Assembly: GCA_964430735.1 (NCBI GenBank)
Contig: CAYSFB010000011.1
Span: 7,865 to 31,864, forward strand
From: an uncultured Planctomycetia bacterium
GTDB taxonomy: Bacteria > Omnitrophota > Gorgyraeia > 2-02-FULL-51-18 > JAGOUK01
DNA length: 24,000 nt
Direction: 5' to 3'
This document shows positions 9,219 through 14,800 of this stretch, piece after piece (position 1 is the stretch's first letter; the number at the start of each line of letters is the position of its first letter). The notes under the pieces are model-generated. The model was given only the letters and a program-made list of their open reading frames with translations, was not told the DNA's origin and ran no database searches. A program made the position numbers and the translations under genes.

Positions 9219-9923
9219 CGAGAGGAGGAGCGCATTGAGGGGCTTTACGATCACGCTGCCCAGCAGCAGGCCCAGCAAACCGACGCCGACACTGATCACG
9301 ACCAGCACCAGCACCACGGATACCGCAGCCAACGATTTTTTCTCGGCGGCGACCACATGCTCGTCGGCGCCGGCTTCGATCGCTTTGCCCATCTTCCCGA
9401 GACCGGCTTCAGCCGCTTCAAACGCCGATACAAAATCGTCCATTTGTTCCGTCGCCTTGTCGCGCTTGCCATCCAGAGCGATTTTGACGATCGACTGAGC
9501 CGACTGAACATATCCGTCGAGATCCGGCCCGACCTCTTTAATGACGTCCTTTTGCGCCTTATCCAGCGGAAGTTTTTCAAGGGAGCTCAGATGCTCGCGG
9601 AAATTGGCGGCGAGTTCATCCAATTCCGTCTTGATTTCCTCCCGGGCGTCTTTCCGATCCCCCTCAAAGAGCGCGCGATATACAACCGCGCGAAGACCGT
9701 CGTGCGTCATATCGGCGAGCGTCATGAGGCGTACGGCGGGAAGCTGCACCTCGGCCACGTCCCTGAGACTGCGGTCCTGCCCCTTGATCGAGGCGTACGA
9801 CACAAGCCCGGAAATGACGAACATCGAGATAAACAGGATCATCAGTCCCGCTATCTTGATCTTGATTGACAGGTTCTTAATCGCGTCCACGACGGCCTCC
9901 GTTTTATAAATCAATAACCGCAT
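8214..9923 (-). CDS. Methyl-accepting chemotaxis protein with a four-helix-bundle-type periplasmic sensor, HAMP and signalling domain
   Basis: 569-aa ORF. TM1 is [21 protein letters not shown], followed by a ~170-aa all-helical periplasmic region and TM2 ([28 protein letters not shown]). The last 334 aa match MCP 5000-7273 except for one Thr/Ala difference. ATG 9923 has no Shine-Dalgarno sequence. An in-frame GTG at 9890-9888 has GGAGG 5 nt upstream and may be the true start. Confidence 0.9.
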   Translation of the reverse strand: MRLLIYKTEAVVDAIKNLSIKIKIAGLMILFISMFVISGLVSYASIKGQDRSLRDVAEVQLPAVRLMTLADMTHDGLRAVVYRALFEGDRKDAREEIKTELDELAANFREHLSSLEKLPLDKAQKDVIKEVGPDLDGYVQSAQSIVKIALDGKRDKATEQMDDFVSAFEAAEAGLGKMGKAIEAGADEHVVAAEKKSLAAVSVVLVLVVISVGVGLLGLLLGSVIVKPLNALLLSLKDISEGEGDLTKRIQVSSKDETGLLAESFNLFVSKIEEIIGQVKQSAAQLNAATEEVSASAQKISDGAQQQSAGFEELSASVQSNATNATGANEAAQGVASNASKTGSEMNQTIEAMGLIENSSKQITEAVNIITDIADQTNLLALNAAIEAARAGEHGKGFAVVADEVRKLAERSAASAKDIKNLIQESSQQVKSGVTLSRQADQNLKSMVTEITKVADQLKSISTATQEQAATMEENTSITESNASAAEELAAASEEMAAQAQDLQQLVSRFKVSGADSHPVQREQHHAEPKKAPARKAQAHTNGHGPSTGAAKTPGRASSSGEAKLRIGL

Positions 9924-9977
9924 TCAGAAATTCGTGCGGCAAAGTACTGCCAGCAATACCCAACCCAACCAAAACAA

Positions 9978-9991
9978 TTGATAGATATCAG
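9978..9991. promoter_or_regulatory. FNR-type box TTGATagatATCAg (9/10 match to TTGAT-N4-ATCAA) upstream of the chemotaxis operon
   Basis: Read directly in the AT-rich 238-bp gap between the crp/fnr-family gene and the first MCP. The centre is 9984.5, about 61 bp upstream of ATG 9923. A weak -10-like TATTGC (minus strand, 9958-9953) sits at a distance compatible with a class II (-41.5) arrangement. Confidence 0.4.
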
Positions 9992-10063
9992 AAGTGAACA
10001 TTTGGCAACACTAGCTATCAATCGTTTACAAAACAGATTATGCCCAATAATCAGAAATTAATA

Positions 10064-10079
10064 AGTGACATATGTCACA
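10064..10079. promoter_or_regulatory. CRP-type box. The minus strand reads TGTGAcatatgTCACt (9/10 match to TGTGA-N6-TCACA), and the core GTGACATATGTCAC is a perfect 14-bp palindrome.
   Basis: Read directly. The perfect palindrome is at 10065-10078. It lies 83 bp downstream of the crp/fnr-family stop and about 148 bp upstream of MCP ATG 9923. Confidence 0.4.
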
Positions 10080-10096
10080 TATCGAAAATAAAGTTT

Positions 10097-10119
10097 GGTT
10101 TTGATTTATTTTCAAAACC
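10097..10119 (-). terminator. Possible weak terminator of the crp/fnr-family gene: an AT-rich 8-bp inverted repeat GGTTTTGA-N7-TCAAAACC followed by a T-rich tract on the minus strand
   Basis: Perfect 8-bp stem with a 7-nt loop, 43 nt after the stop at 10162. The minus strand continues AAACTTTATTTTCGAT. The stem is low in GC, so its strength is doubtful. Confidence 0.3.
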
Positions 10120-10161
10120 AATACATGGGGAATTCAATGATCGGGGGGGCAGTGGCGGGAC

Positions 10162-10815
10162 TTAACGAACTTTAGCGAGGGCCTCGCGGTTCAGAATAAA
10201 GGATCGGCGGGTCGTAGCGGTAATACATTTGGCTTTGACCAAATATGCCAGTTGTCTCATGACCGTTTCTCGTGTCATGTTTAAAAGCTGCGCCAATTCC
10301 TCCCTAGTTAAATGTAGATTTACGATATCCGGATGCTGAGGCGATGCTGTGGGTAAGGAGAGAAAATACCTAGCAAGTCGTTCGCGGCCGCTATAAAGCG
10401 TCAATTCGCCCACGAGACGAGTAAAACATTGAATGCGGTCCGAGAACAACGCGTTCAATGCTGCCATCAAATTGGGGTTCGTCCGCGCCAGCTTTACAAA
10501 GACGTCCTTACGCACAAACCAAACGGATGTCGGCTCCATGGCAACGGCGGTCCACCCGCACTTTGCCTCCCCCAGACTGGTATGGCAACTGCAGGTCCCG
10601 CCCGTCTCCAGTATCTCAAGCACCTGCTCGTCACCCGACAACGAGGTCAAAGTCAGCTTCACTCGACCTGAGAGAACCAGGAAAATACGGGCGCATACTT
10701 CGTTCTGATTGATGATCGCTTCGCCTTTTTTGAAGTGCTTTTCGCGCAAAAATTCCCGAATTTGGGTGATTTCTGCAGGGCTCAGATTATTTTTTAAGAG
10801 CGGGATGCGCTTCAT
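10162..10815 (-). CDS. Crp/Fnr-family transcriptional regulator (cNMP-binding-like beta-roll plus C-terminal HTH)
   Basis: 217-aa ORF. The beta-roll region reads FKKGEAIINQNEVCARIFLVLSGRVKLTLTSLSGDEQVLEIL. The HTH is TREELAQLLNMTRETVMRQLAYL, with an R-E-x-x-x-R recognition helix as in E. coli CRP (R180/E181/R185). AGGAAGG lies about 10 nt upstream of the ATG. Confidence 0.85.
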   Translation of the reverse strand: MKRIPLLKNNLSPAEITQIREFLREKHFKKGEAIINQNEVCARIFLVLSGRVKLTLTSLSGDEQVLEILETGGTCSCHTSLGEAKCGWTAVAMEPTSVWFVRKDVFVKLARTNPNLMAALNALFSDRIQCFTRLVGELTLYSGRERLARYFLSLPTASPQHPDIVNLHLTREELAQLLNMTRETVMRQLAYLVKAKCITATTRRSFILNREALAKVR

Positions 10816-11095
10816 GCGAATTAAGCCTTCCTGAGGCAGTATGACAACGCGGTTGCTGCGTCACATGACCAAACCCAAATTAAATGTGAGCGTTCATTAT
10901 TATCAAATCCCATAAATAAACACAAGTCGGCAATGCTCAGTAAAAATGATCAAATAGCCGAGCTGACTCCCGCCGCGATCCGAGAGACGCCAGCCCCCAC
11001 ATTCCTGGCAAAAGCGGACAAAAGACTCATCCGACCAAGGCCGGAGTGGCACTTGGCCGAGACCCCTCTTGCACTTAGGCCTATCCCGCGGCGGC

Positions 11096-11284
11096 CTACC
11101 AATCGACGTAATCGGCGGAAACGTCCGGGGTGTTCTCCGCCCCGGCGGCCGCACGTGCGGCCAGCCGGACTTCGAAGGCTCCGGCCAGGTCGGGGTAACG
11201 GGTTTCAAATTCGGATTTGAGACAGCGCTCGGCTTCCAGCCGCAGCGCCAGCAGGCGGGTACGATCCATGATTCGATCCTCCAT
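11096..11284 (-). CDS. Small hypothetical protein (62 aa, or 57 aa from the second ATG at 11269)
   Basis: High third-position GC like the neighbouring real genes. The second ATG (11269) has GGAGGA 7 nt upstream. The sequence MDRTRLLALRLEAERCLKSEFETRYPDLAGAFEVRLAARAAAGAENTPDVSADYVDW contains no motif I recognise. Confidence 0.35.
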   Translation of the reverse strand: MEDRIMDRTRLLALRLEAERCLKSEFETRYPDLAGAFEVRLAARAAAGAENTPDVSADYVDW

Positions 11285-11357
11285 GCCCTCCGCGGGAGCG
11301 GAAAGCGGTTGTTTAGCACTTTGTTGCGCGGTTGCAAGTGACCCTAACGTTCCGCGA

Positions 11358-11384
11358 CCCGGGACGCCCGTCCCGGGATTTTTG
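11358..11384 (+). terminator. Plus-strand-oriented intrinsic-terminator-like hairpin (CCCGGGAC-gccc-GTCCCGGG then ATTTTTG)
   Basis: Perfect 8-bp GC-rich stem with a 4-nt loop. The T-run is present only on the plus strand, and no plus-strand gene precedes it. Confidence 0.4.
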
Positions 11385-11400
11385 AAAAAGCTTTTTTACC

Positions 11401-11452
11401 GCCAAAAAAACAAAAACGCGTTTCGGCCGAAGCTGAAACGCGTGATCTTTTT
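11401..11452 (-). terminator. Bidirectional intrinsic terminator, probably ending the ssrA/zinc-ribbon transcript
   Basis: The stem is ACGCGTTTC (11416-11424) paired with GAAACGCGT (11435-11443), with further pairing in the loop. The minus strand continues TTTTGTTTTTTT and the plus strand continues GATCTTTTT. It lies 117 nt after the stop at 11560. Confidence 0.6.
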
Positions 11453-11559
11453 GAGGAAAAAGCTCAAACGGCGCTTTAGCTCATTTATATAGCGGGGCAA
11501 GTAGCCTGTTTAAATCCCGCTCGATTCAAGGCCTATTGTAATACGTCCGGCCGTCCGGT

Positions 11560-12081
11560 TCAACCCCAGTGGACTTCGGATTCCCCCGTCTGCTTGAAGC
11601 ATTTGGGACAGGCGGGATTTGCGCGGCTCACCTTGCCTTCTCCGCAATGCGGGCAGATGCCGGTGTCCAAAAGCAGCTTGACCTTGGCTCCCATCGCCGC
11701 GCCGCAGGACGGGCAGGACTTGTTCTCGATTTTGGTCTCCCAATCGTCCCAGCACACCGGACAATATGAGTGCGGAAGACGGACCACCTCTCCGTCGACG
11801 ATGTAACTGTCGGCGCTGTCCGCCTCGGAAAAGGCCATCGGCTCCTCGCCTCCCACCGCCGTAACGCCTGTGTCGGAGAGGATCACCGTCTTATTCTTGG
11901 TCTCGTCGAAGATTTCGAAGGTCAGCCGCGCCGAGACCCGGTAGCGCGCGTCCAAGCCCGCACAGATCCGCTTGATCCCCGCCTCGATCGATTTGTAATC
12001 GCCTCGGGCGTATTGGGCTTCAAACAGATCCAGCAGCCGGTCGGCCACCTTCTCGCATTCGGCGTAGTCTTTGGGGTCCAT
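11560..12081 (-). CDS. Hypothetical protein with a C-terminal double zinc ribbon (four CxxC pairs)
   Basis: 173-aa ORF with gene-like codon usage. The C-terminus reads CPVCWDDWETKIENKSCPSCGAAMGAKVKLLLDTGICPHCGEGKVSRANPACPKCF. The N-terminal ~110 aa contain no motif I recognise. The ATG is 21 nt downstream of the tmRNA 3' CCA. Confidence 0.7.
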   Translation of the reverse strand: MDPKDYAECEKVADRLLDLFEAQYARGDYKSIEAGIKRICAGLDARYRVSARLTFEIFDETKNKTVILSDTGVTAVGGEEPMAFSEADSADSYIVDGEVVRLPHSYCPVCWDDWETKIENKSCPSCGAAMGAKVKLLLDTGICPHCGEGKVSRANPACPKCFKQTGESEVHWG

Positions 12082-12102
12082 ACGCTCGCCGTTTGTAGGA
12101 AA

Positions 12103-12497
12103 TGGTGGAGGCGGTGGGAATCGAACCCACGTCTCCGGAAATCACAAGTGTAGCCTCTACATGCTTAGCCGCGTCTACTTCGTTTCACCGGCTGCGCCTC
12201 CGACGGACAGGAATCGCAACGGCTAGCCTTCACTTAGTCTCGTCCGACGGCCAGCAGGCGCTGCTATCGGACCAGTCCGCTGATTACGCCAGACATCACC
12301 CTCGCGGACGTGGGTGGCTGACGGTAGCTCCGATTAGAGAGCTACGGGGCTCATCACAGGAAGCCGGAACGCCGGCACCTGGAACGAGTTCAAGCGCGTT
12401 TTCGCGTTTGTATTGTGCAAGGTGTTTTAGGAGGCCTCCCTGCAACCTCCGCATGGCCGCAACACGAACAACTCCCGGATCGATACCAGTCGCCCCC
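12103..12497 (-). ncRNA. ssrA: tmRNA (SsrA), 395 nt
   Basis: The 5' end reads GGGGGCGACTGGTATCGATCCGGG. The 3' end reads GGAGACGTGGGTTCGATTCCCACCGCCTCCACCA, a tRNA-like T-arm with encoded CCA. The acceptor stem GGGGGCG/CGCCTCC contains the G3:U70 alanine identity pair. A PK1-like pairing is present (GGAGG..CCTCC with TGCAGGG..CCTTGCA). The gene lies directly downstream of smpB. Confidence 0.9.
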
Positions 12498-12518
12498 GAG
12501 ATTTTTCTAAAGCCGGAA

Positions 12519-13007
12519 CTATTTCCTGAAGCGCTCTTTGATCGCGCGGTCGGTCTCGCGGTCGTTGAGCTTTTTCTTGATGTCGTCCCGGCGGTCAAAA
12601 ACTTTTTTGGACTTCGCGACCCCGATGTCGCACTTCACGAGCCCGTGCTTGAAGTATACGCTCAACGGCACCAGAGTCAAACCCTTCTGGGTCAAAAGAC
12701 CGAAGTAGCGCCTGAGCTCGTTGCGGTGCAGGAGCAGCTTCCTCGGCCGCGTCGGCAGGTGGTTGTGGATATTTCCCTGCACGTACGCCCCGATATGAAT
12801 ATTGTGGAGGAACAACTCCCCCTTCTCGAACCGCGCGTACCCTTCCGAGATCTGGCAAAGCCCGTCGCGGAGCGCCTTGACCTCGGTCCCGGTCAGCTGC
12901 ATCCCCGCCTCCCGCGACTCCAGGATCTCATAATAATGCCCCGCCTGGCGGTTCGTCGCCACGCGCTTGTCATTAGGCCCCTTATCCGGATGCTGCGTCT
13001 TTGCCAT
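12519..13007 (-). CDS. smpB: SsrA-binding protein SmpB
   Basis: 162-aa ORF reading VATNRQAGHYYEILESREAGMQLTGTEVKALRDG..LFLHNIHIGAY..HLPTRPRKLLLHRNEL..KGLTLVPLSVYFKHGLVKCDIGVAKSKK, typical of SmpB. The stop is 21 nt before the tmRNA 5' end. Confidence 0.93.
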   Translation of the reverse strand: MAKTQHPDKGPNDKRVATNRQAGHYYEILESREAGMQLTGTEVKALRDGLCQISEGYARFEKGELFLHNIHIGAYVQGNIHNHLPTRPRKLLLHRNELRRYFGLLTQKGLTLVPLSVYFKHGLVKCDIGVAKSKKVFDRRDDIKKKLNDRETDRAIKERFRK

Positions 13008-13015
13008 AGTCAGGC

Positions 13016-13021
13016 ATTATA
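13016..13021 (-). promoter_or_regulatory. Consensus -10 hexamer TATAAT 8 nt upstream of the smpB ATG (possible leaderless or near-leaderless smpB mRNA)
   Basis: The minus strand reads GGTCGGGTATAATGCCTGACTATG. There is no Shine-Dalgarno sequence in the 8-nt gap. The only -35-like element is cTGACC with a 19-nt spacer, which is a weak match. Confidence 0.3.
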
Positions 13022-13145
13022 CCCGACCAGCACGACTCCCGGTCAGGCGATCCCAATCAACCGAGCGCGGCGCAGCCGCGGCGGTTAGGGCCGGGTCGGG
13101 CTGGGTCTTCATTTTTCAAGAGAAGGCGTCAGATGCTAGGCGCGA

Positions 13146-13179
13146 GGGGGCGCCGCGTGGTATTGCCACGCAAGCCCCC
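13146..13179 (-). other. GC-rich stem-loop between tRNA-Leu and smpB (GGGGGC/GCCCCC plus GCGTGG/CCACGC, 5-nt loop) with no adjacent U-tract
   Basis: Read directly. It begins 36 nt downstream of the tRNA 3' end on the minus strand. It may be a processing or termination structure. Confidence 0.3.
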
Positions 13180-13214
13180 GAGCAACGACGCAGATGATGC
13201 CTTATCTTGAAAAA

Positions 13215-13299
13215 TGGTGCGGAAGGAGGGATTTGAACCCTCAAGCCTTGCGGCACAGGCTTCTGAGACCTGCGCGTATGCCAATTCCGCCACTTCCGC
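13215..13299 (-). tRNA. tRNA-Leu (anticodon CAG), 85 nt, class II with long variable arm, CCA encoded
   Basis: The minus strand reads GCGGAAGTGGCGGAATTGGCATACGCGCAGGTCTCAGAAGCCTGTGCCGCAAGGCTTGAGGGTTCAAATCCCTCCTTCCGCACCA. The acceptor stem is GCGGAAG/CTTCCGC. The anticodon stem is CAGGT/GCCTG with loop CTCAGAA. The variable arm is GCC-GCAA-GGC. The T-arm is GAGGG-TTCAAAT-CCCTC. Confidence 0.93.
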
Positions 13300-13331
13300 G
13301 AGAGAGGATGAACTTGAAAAAGCTTTTACGG

Positions 13332-13670
13332 CTAGGAGCCGAGGGCCGCGGGCTGTGCGGGCGTCTGCACAGCTTTGACCTGAGAGGCGACGGTCTGGCG
13401 GGAGGCCTGAACCTCGTCCGTCCGGCGGTCGAGCGCGTCCAAAATCCACGCGCTCAGAACGAAAAAAACCGCCGCAATCGTAACCGAAACAATCGAAATG
13501 ATGACTTTTTTCCGGACATCCATCCGCTTGTTGAACCAGACCAGCGGAAGAGCCAGAACTCCGACCAGGATGAGCAGGATCCCGATGACGCGCAGATCCT
13601 CGTACCACACCGGTTTTCCGGACCCCGCGGCCTTCAGATTCAGCCTGGGGTCCGGATCCGAGTGATTCAT
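13332..13670 (-). CDS. Small hypothetical membrane protein (two predicted TM helices)
   Basis: 112-aa ORF with hydrophobic segments VIGILLILVGVLALPLVWF and VIISIVSVTIAAVFFVLSAWIL. The ATG is 19 nt after the lipoprotein stop. Confidence 0.6.
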   Translation of the reverse strand: MNHSDPDPRLNLKAAGSGKPVWYEDLRVIGILLILVGVLALPLVWFNKRMDVRKKVIISIVSVTIAAVFFVLSAWILDALDRRTDEVQASRQTVASQVKAVQTPAQPAALGS

Positions 13671-13689
13671 GGTGTGATGCCGATCCGTC

Positions 13690-14004
13690 TTACTTGATGT
13701 AGCTGGTCTTTTTGACCGATCCGGAAGCCGATGAAGACGAGCCGGAGGCCGAGAGCTTGTCGAGGGCCTGCATCAAACGGGCTTCGGCGTCGGCCTTGGC
13801 GCGGTTGGCGGCGTCGATCTGGGCGGCCGTGGAGCGCTGCTGATCCTGAAGGCTCGCGATCTCGCGGTTCTTGTTCTCGAGCTGGCTCTGAAGACCGTTG
13901 ATCTTCGAGTTCAGCGCGTCGATGTCGGACTGGTAGTTGTTGCGGCCGGCGGCGCAACCCGAGGCGACGAACGCGATGGCGATAATGGCAAATGCTCTCT
14001 TCAT
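13690..14004 (-). CDS. Coiled-coil lipoprotein resembling Braun lipoprotein (Lpp), with a C-terminal lysine
   Basis: The ORF track gives a 290-aa ORF (13690..14562) that overlaps pdaD out of frame. The real start is ATG 14004, with GGGAGG 7 nt upstream. The product is 104 aa: MKRAFAIIAIAFVASG/C (lipobox), then the heptad-like segment IDALNSKINGLQSQLENKNREIASLQDQQRSTAAQIDAANRAKADAEARLMQALDKL, a Ser/Gly linker, and the ending ..SYIK. Confidence 0.75.
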   Translation of the reverse strand: MKRAFAIIAIAFVASGCAAGRNNYQSDIDALNSKINGLQSQLENKNREIASLQDQQRSTAAQIDAANRAKADAEARLMQALDKLSASGSSSSASGSVKKTSYIK

Positions 14005-14089
14005 GGAACGAACCTCCCTGATATGAATCGACAAACTCCGCTCGGGGCCACCCCCAAAAATGTCCGCGTATTCTACACCCCGCCCCCGG

Positions 14090-14139
14090 AAAAAGCAAAA
14101 GCGGCGGTGTTTCCCGGGAACCCGGAAAACACCGCCGCT
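14090..14139 (-). terminator. Intrinsic terminator of pdaD
   Basis: 19-bp stem (14100-14118 with 14121-14139). Its single non-Watson-Crick position is a G-U pair on the minus-strand RNA but a C-A mismatch on the plus strand. It is followed on the minus strand by TTTTGCTTTTT and starts 21 nt after the stop at 14160. Confidence 0.7.
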
Positions 14140-14159
14140 TGAGAACGGGATGCGTCGCT

Positions 14160-14762
14160 TTAGAAGAGCAGGACCGCGGCCGCGATGGTCGTGGTGTAAC
14201 CGCCCTTTTCGACGGCGGCTGACTGGGTGCAGTTCATGGTCTTGTAGACCTTGTCGTGCAGACGGAAGGATTCTTCCTTCTCGTCCCAGCTCTTGTCTTC
14301 GTCGAAGTCGATGCCGAGCGTCGTCGCGAGCATGGCCGCGGCGAGATCTTCGGCTTCGTCGCCCACTTCCTTCTCGGTCTTGCCGAAGGTGTGGACTTCG
14401 CTGAGGTAACCGTAGTCGTCCTGGCTCGAGGGCAGCGCGACACCGATCGACGAAGCGACCAGGCGGCGTGGCTCGTTGGAGCTCGAACGCGCCATGACGG
14501 CGAACGTGATCATGCCGGGAACGATTTCTTTCATGCCTTCCGCGCGCGAAAGGATCTTGCAATTGGCGGGATAGATCGAAGAAACGTAGACGAGGTTCGA
14601 CTTTTCGATGCCTGCGTCGCGCAGCGCCATCTCGAAGGAACGCAATTCGTAGCGATGATGCCCGACACCCTTGGTGAAGAACATCTTCTTGGGCACGAAC
14701 ATGTTGTGATGCAGCGCAAATGCGGGCTGCGTCGCTTCGAGAGCACTGGGTTTAGCTGCCAT
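14160..14762 (-). CDS. pdaD: Pyruvoyl-dependent arginine decarboxylase (PvlArgDC/PdaD family)
   Basis: 200-aa ORF reading [42 protein letters not shown]. This matches the family signature, including the Ser-Ser self-cleavage site. AGGAG lies 5 nt upstream of the ATG. Confidence 0.88.
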   Translation of the reverse strand: MAAKPSALEATQPAFALHHNMFVPKKMFFTKGVGHHRYELRSFEMALRDAGIEKSNLVYVSSIYPANCKILSRAEGMKEIVPGMITFAVMARSSSNEPRRLVASSIGVALPSSQDDYGYLSEVHTFGKTEKEVGDEAEDLAAAMLATTLGIDFDEDKSWDEKEESFRLHDKVYKTMNCTQSAAVEKGGYTTTIAAAVLLF

Positions 14763-14800
14763 TTTTTCTCCTGTGAAAAAAACCGGACGACAATCTCAAA

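Noticed and set aside
9938-9953. Sigma54-like -24/-12 element on the minus strand (cTGGCAgtactTTGCc), just upstream of the first MCP gene.
   Set aside because: The GG-to-GC spacing is one nucleotide shorter than in the TGGCAC-N5-TTGCA consensus (compare nifH CTGGTATGTTCCCTGCA). Sigma54 promoters tolerate spacing changes poorly, so I kept this only as a note.
10097-10119. GGTTTTGA-N7-TCAAAACC, considered as a third Crp/Fnr-type box.
   Set aside because: The TGA-to-TCA spacing is N7 instead of the N6 shared by the CRP and FNR consensus sites. Its position right after the regulator's stop, with a following T-rich tract, fits a weak terminator better.
10903-11341. A 144-aa minus-strand ORF (10903-11337) and plus-strand ORFs at 10933-11220 and 11069-11341.
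   Set aside because: Their translations are Pro/Arg/Trp-rich and low in complexity. They overlap each other and the better-supported 62-aa ORF. Third-position GC is not elevated in the plus-strand frames.
12102-13088. A 328-aa plus-strand ORF and a 100-aa minus-strand ORF (12296-12598) covering the ssrA/smpB region.
   Set aside because: The region is fully explained by tmRNA (tRNA-like ends, G3:U70, pseudoknot) and smpB. The 100-aa ORF is just an open frame running through the tmRNA body.
10816-13299. Genomic island integrated at ssrA or tRNA-Leu.
   Set aside because: No integrase or recombinase gene is present. By eye I found no direct repeat of the tmRNA or tRNA 3' end downstream, and there is no marked compositional shift apart from short AT-rich promoter regions. 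A computational search for att-like repeats would be the decisive check.
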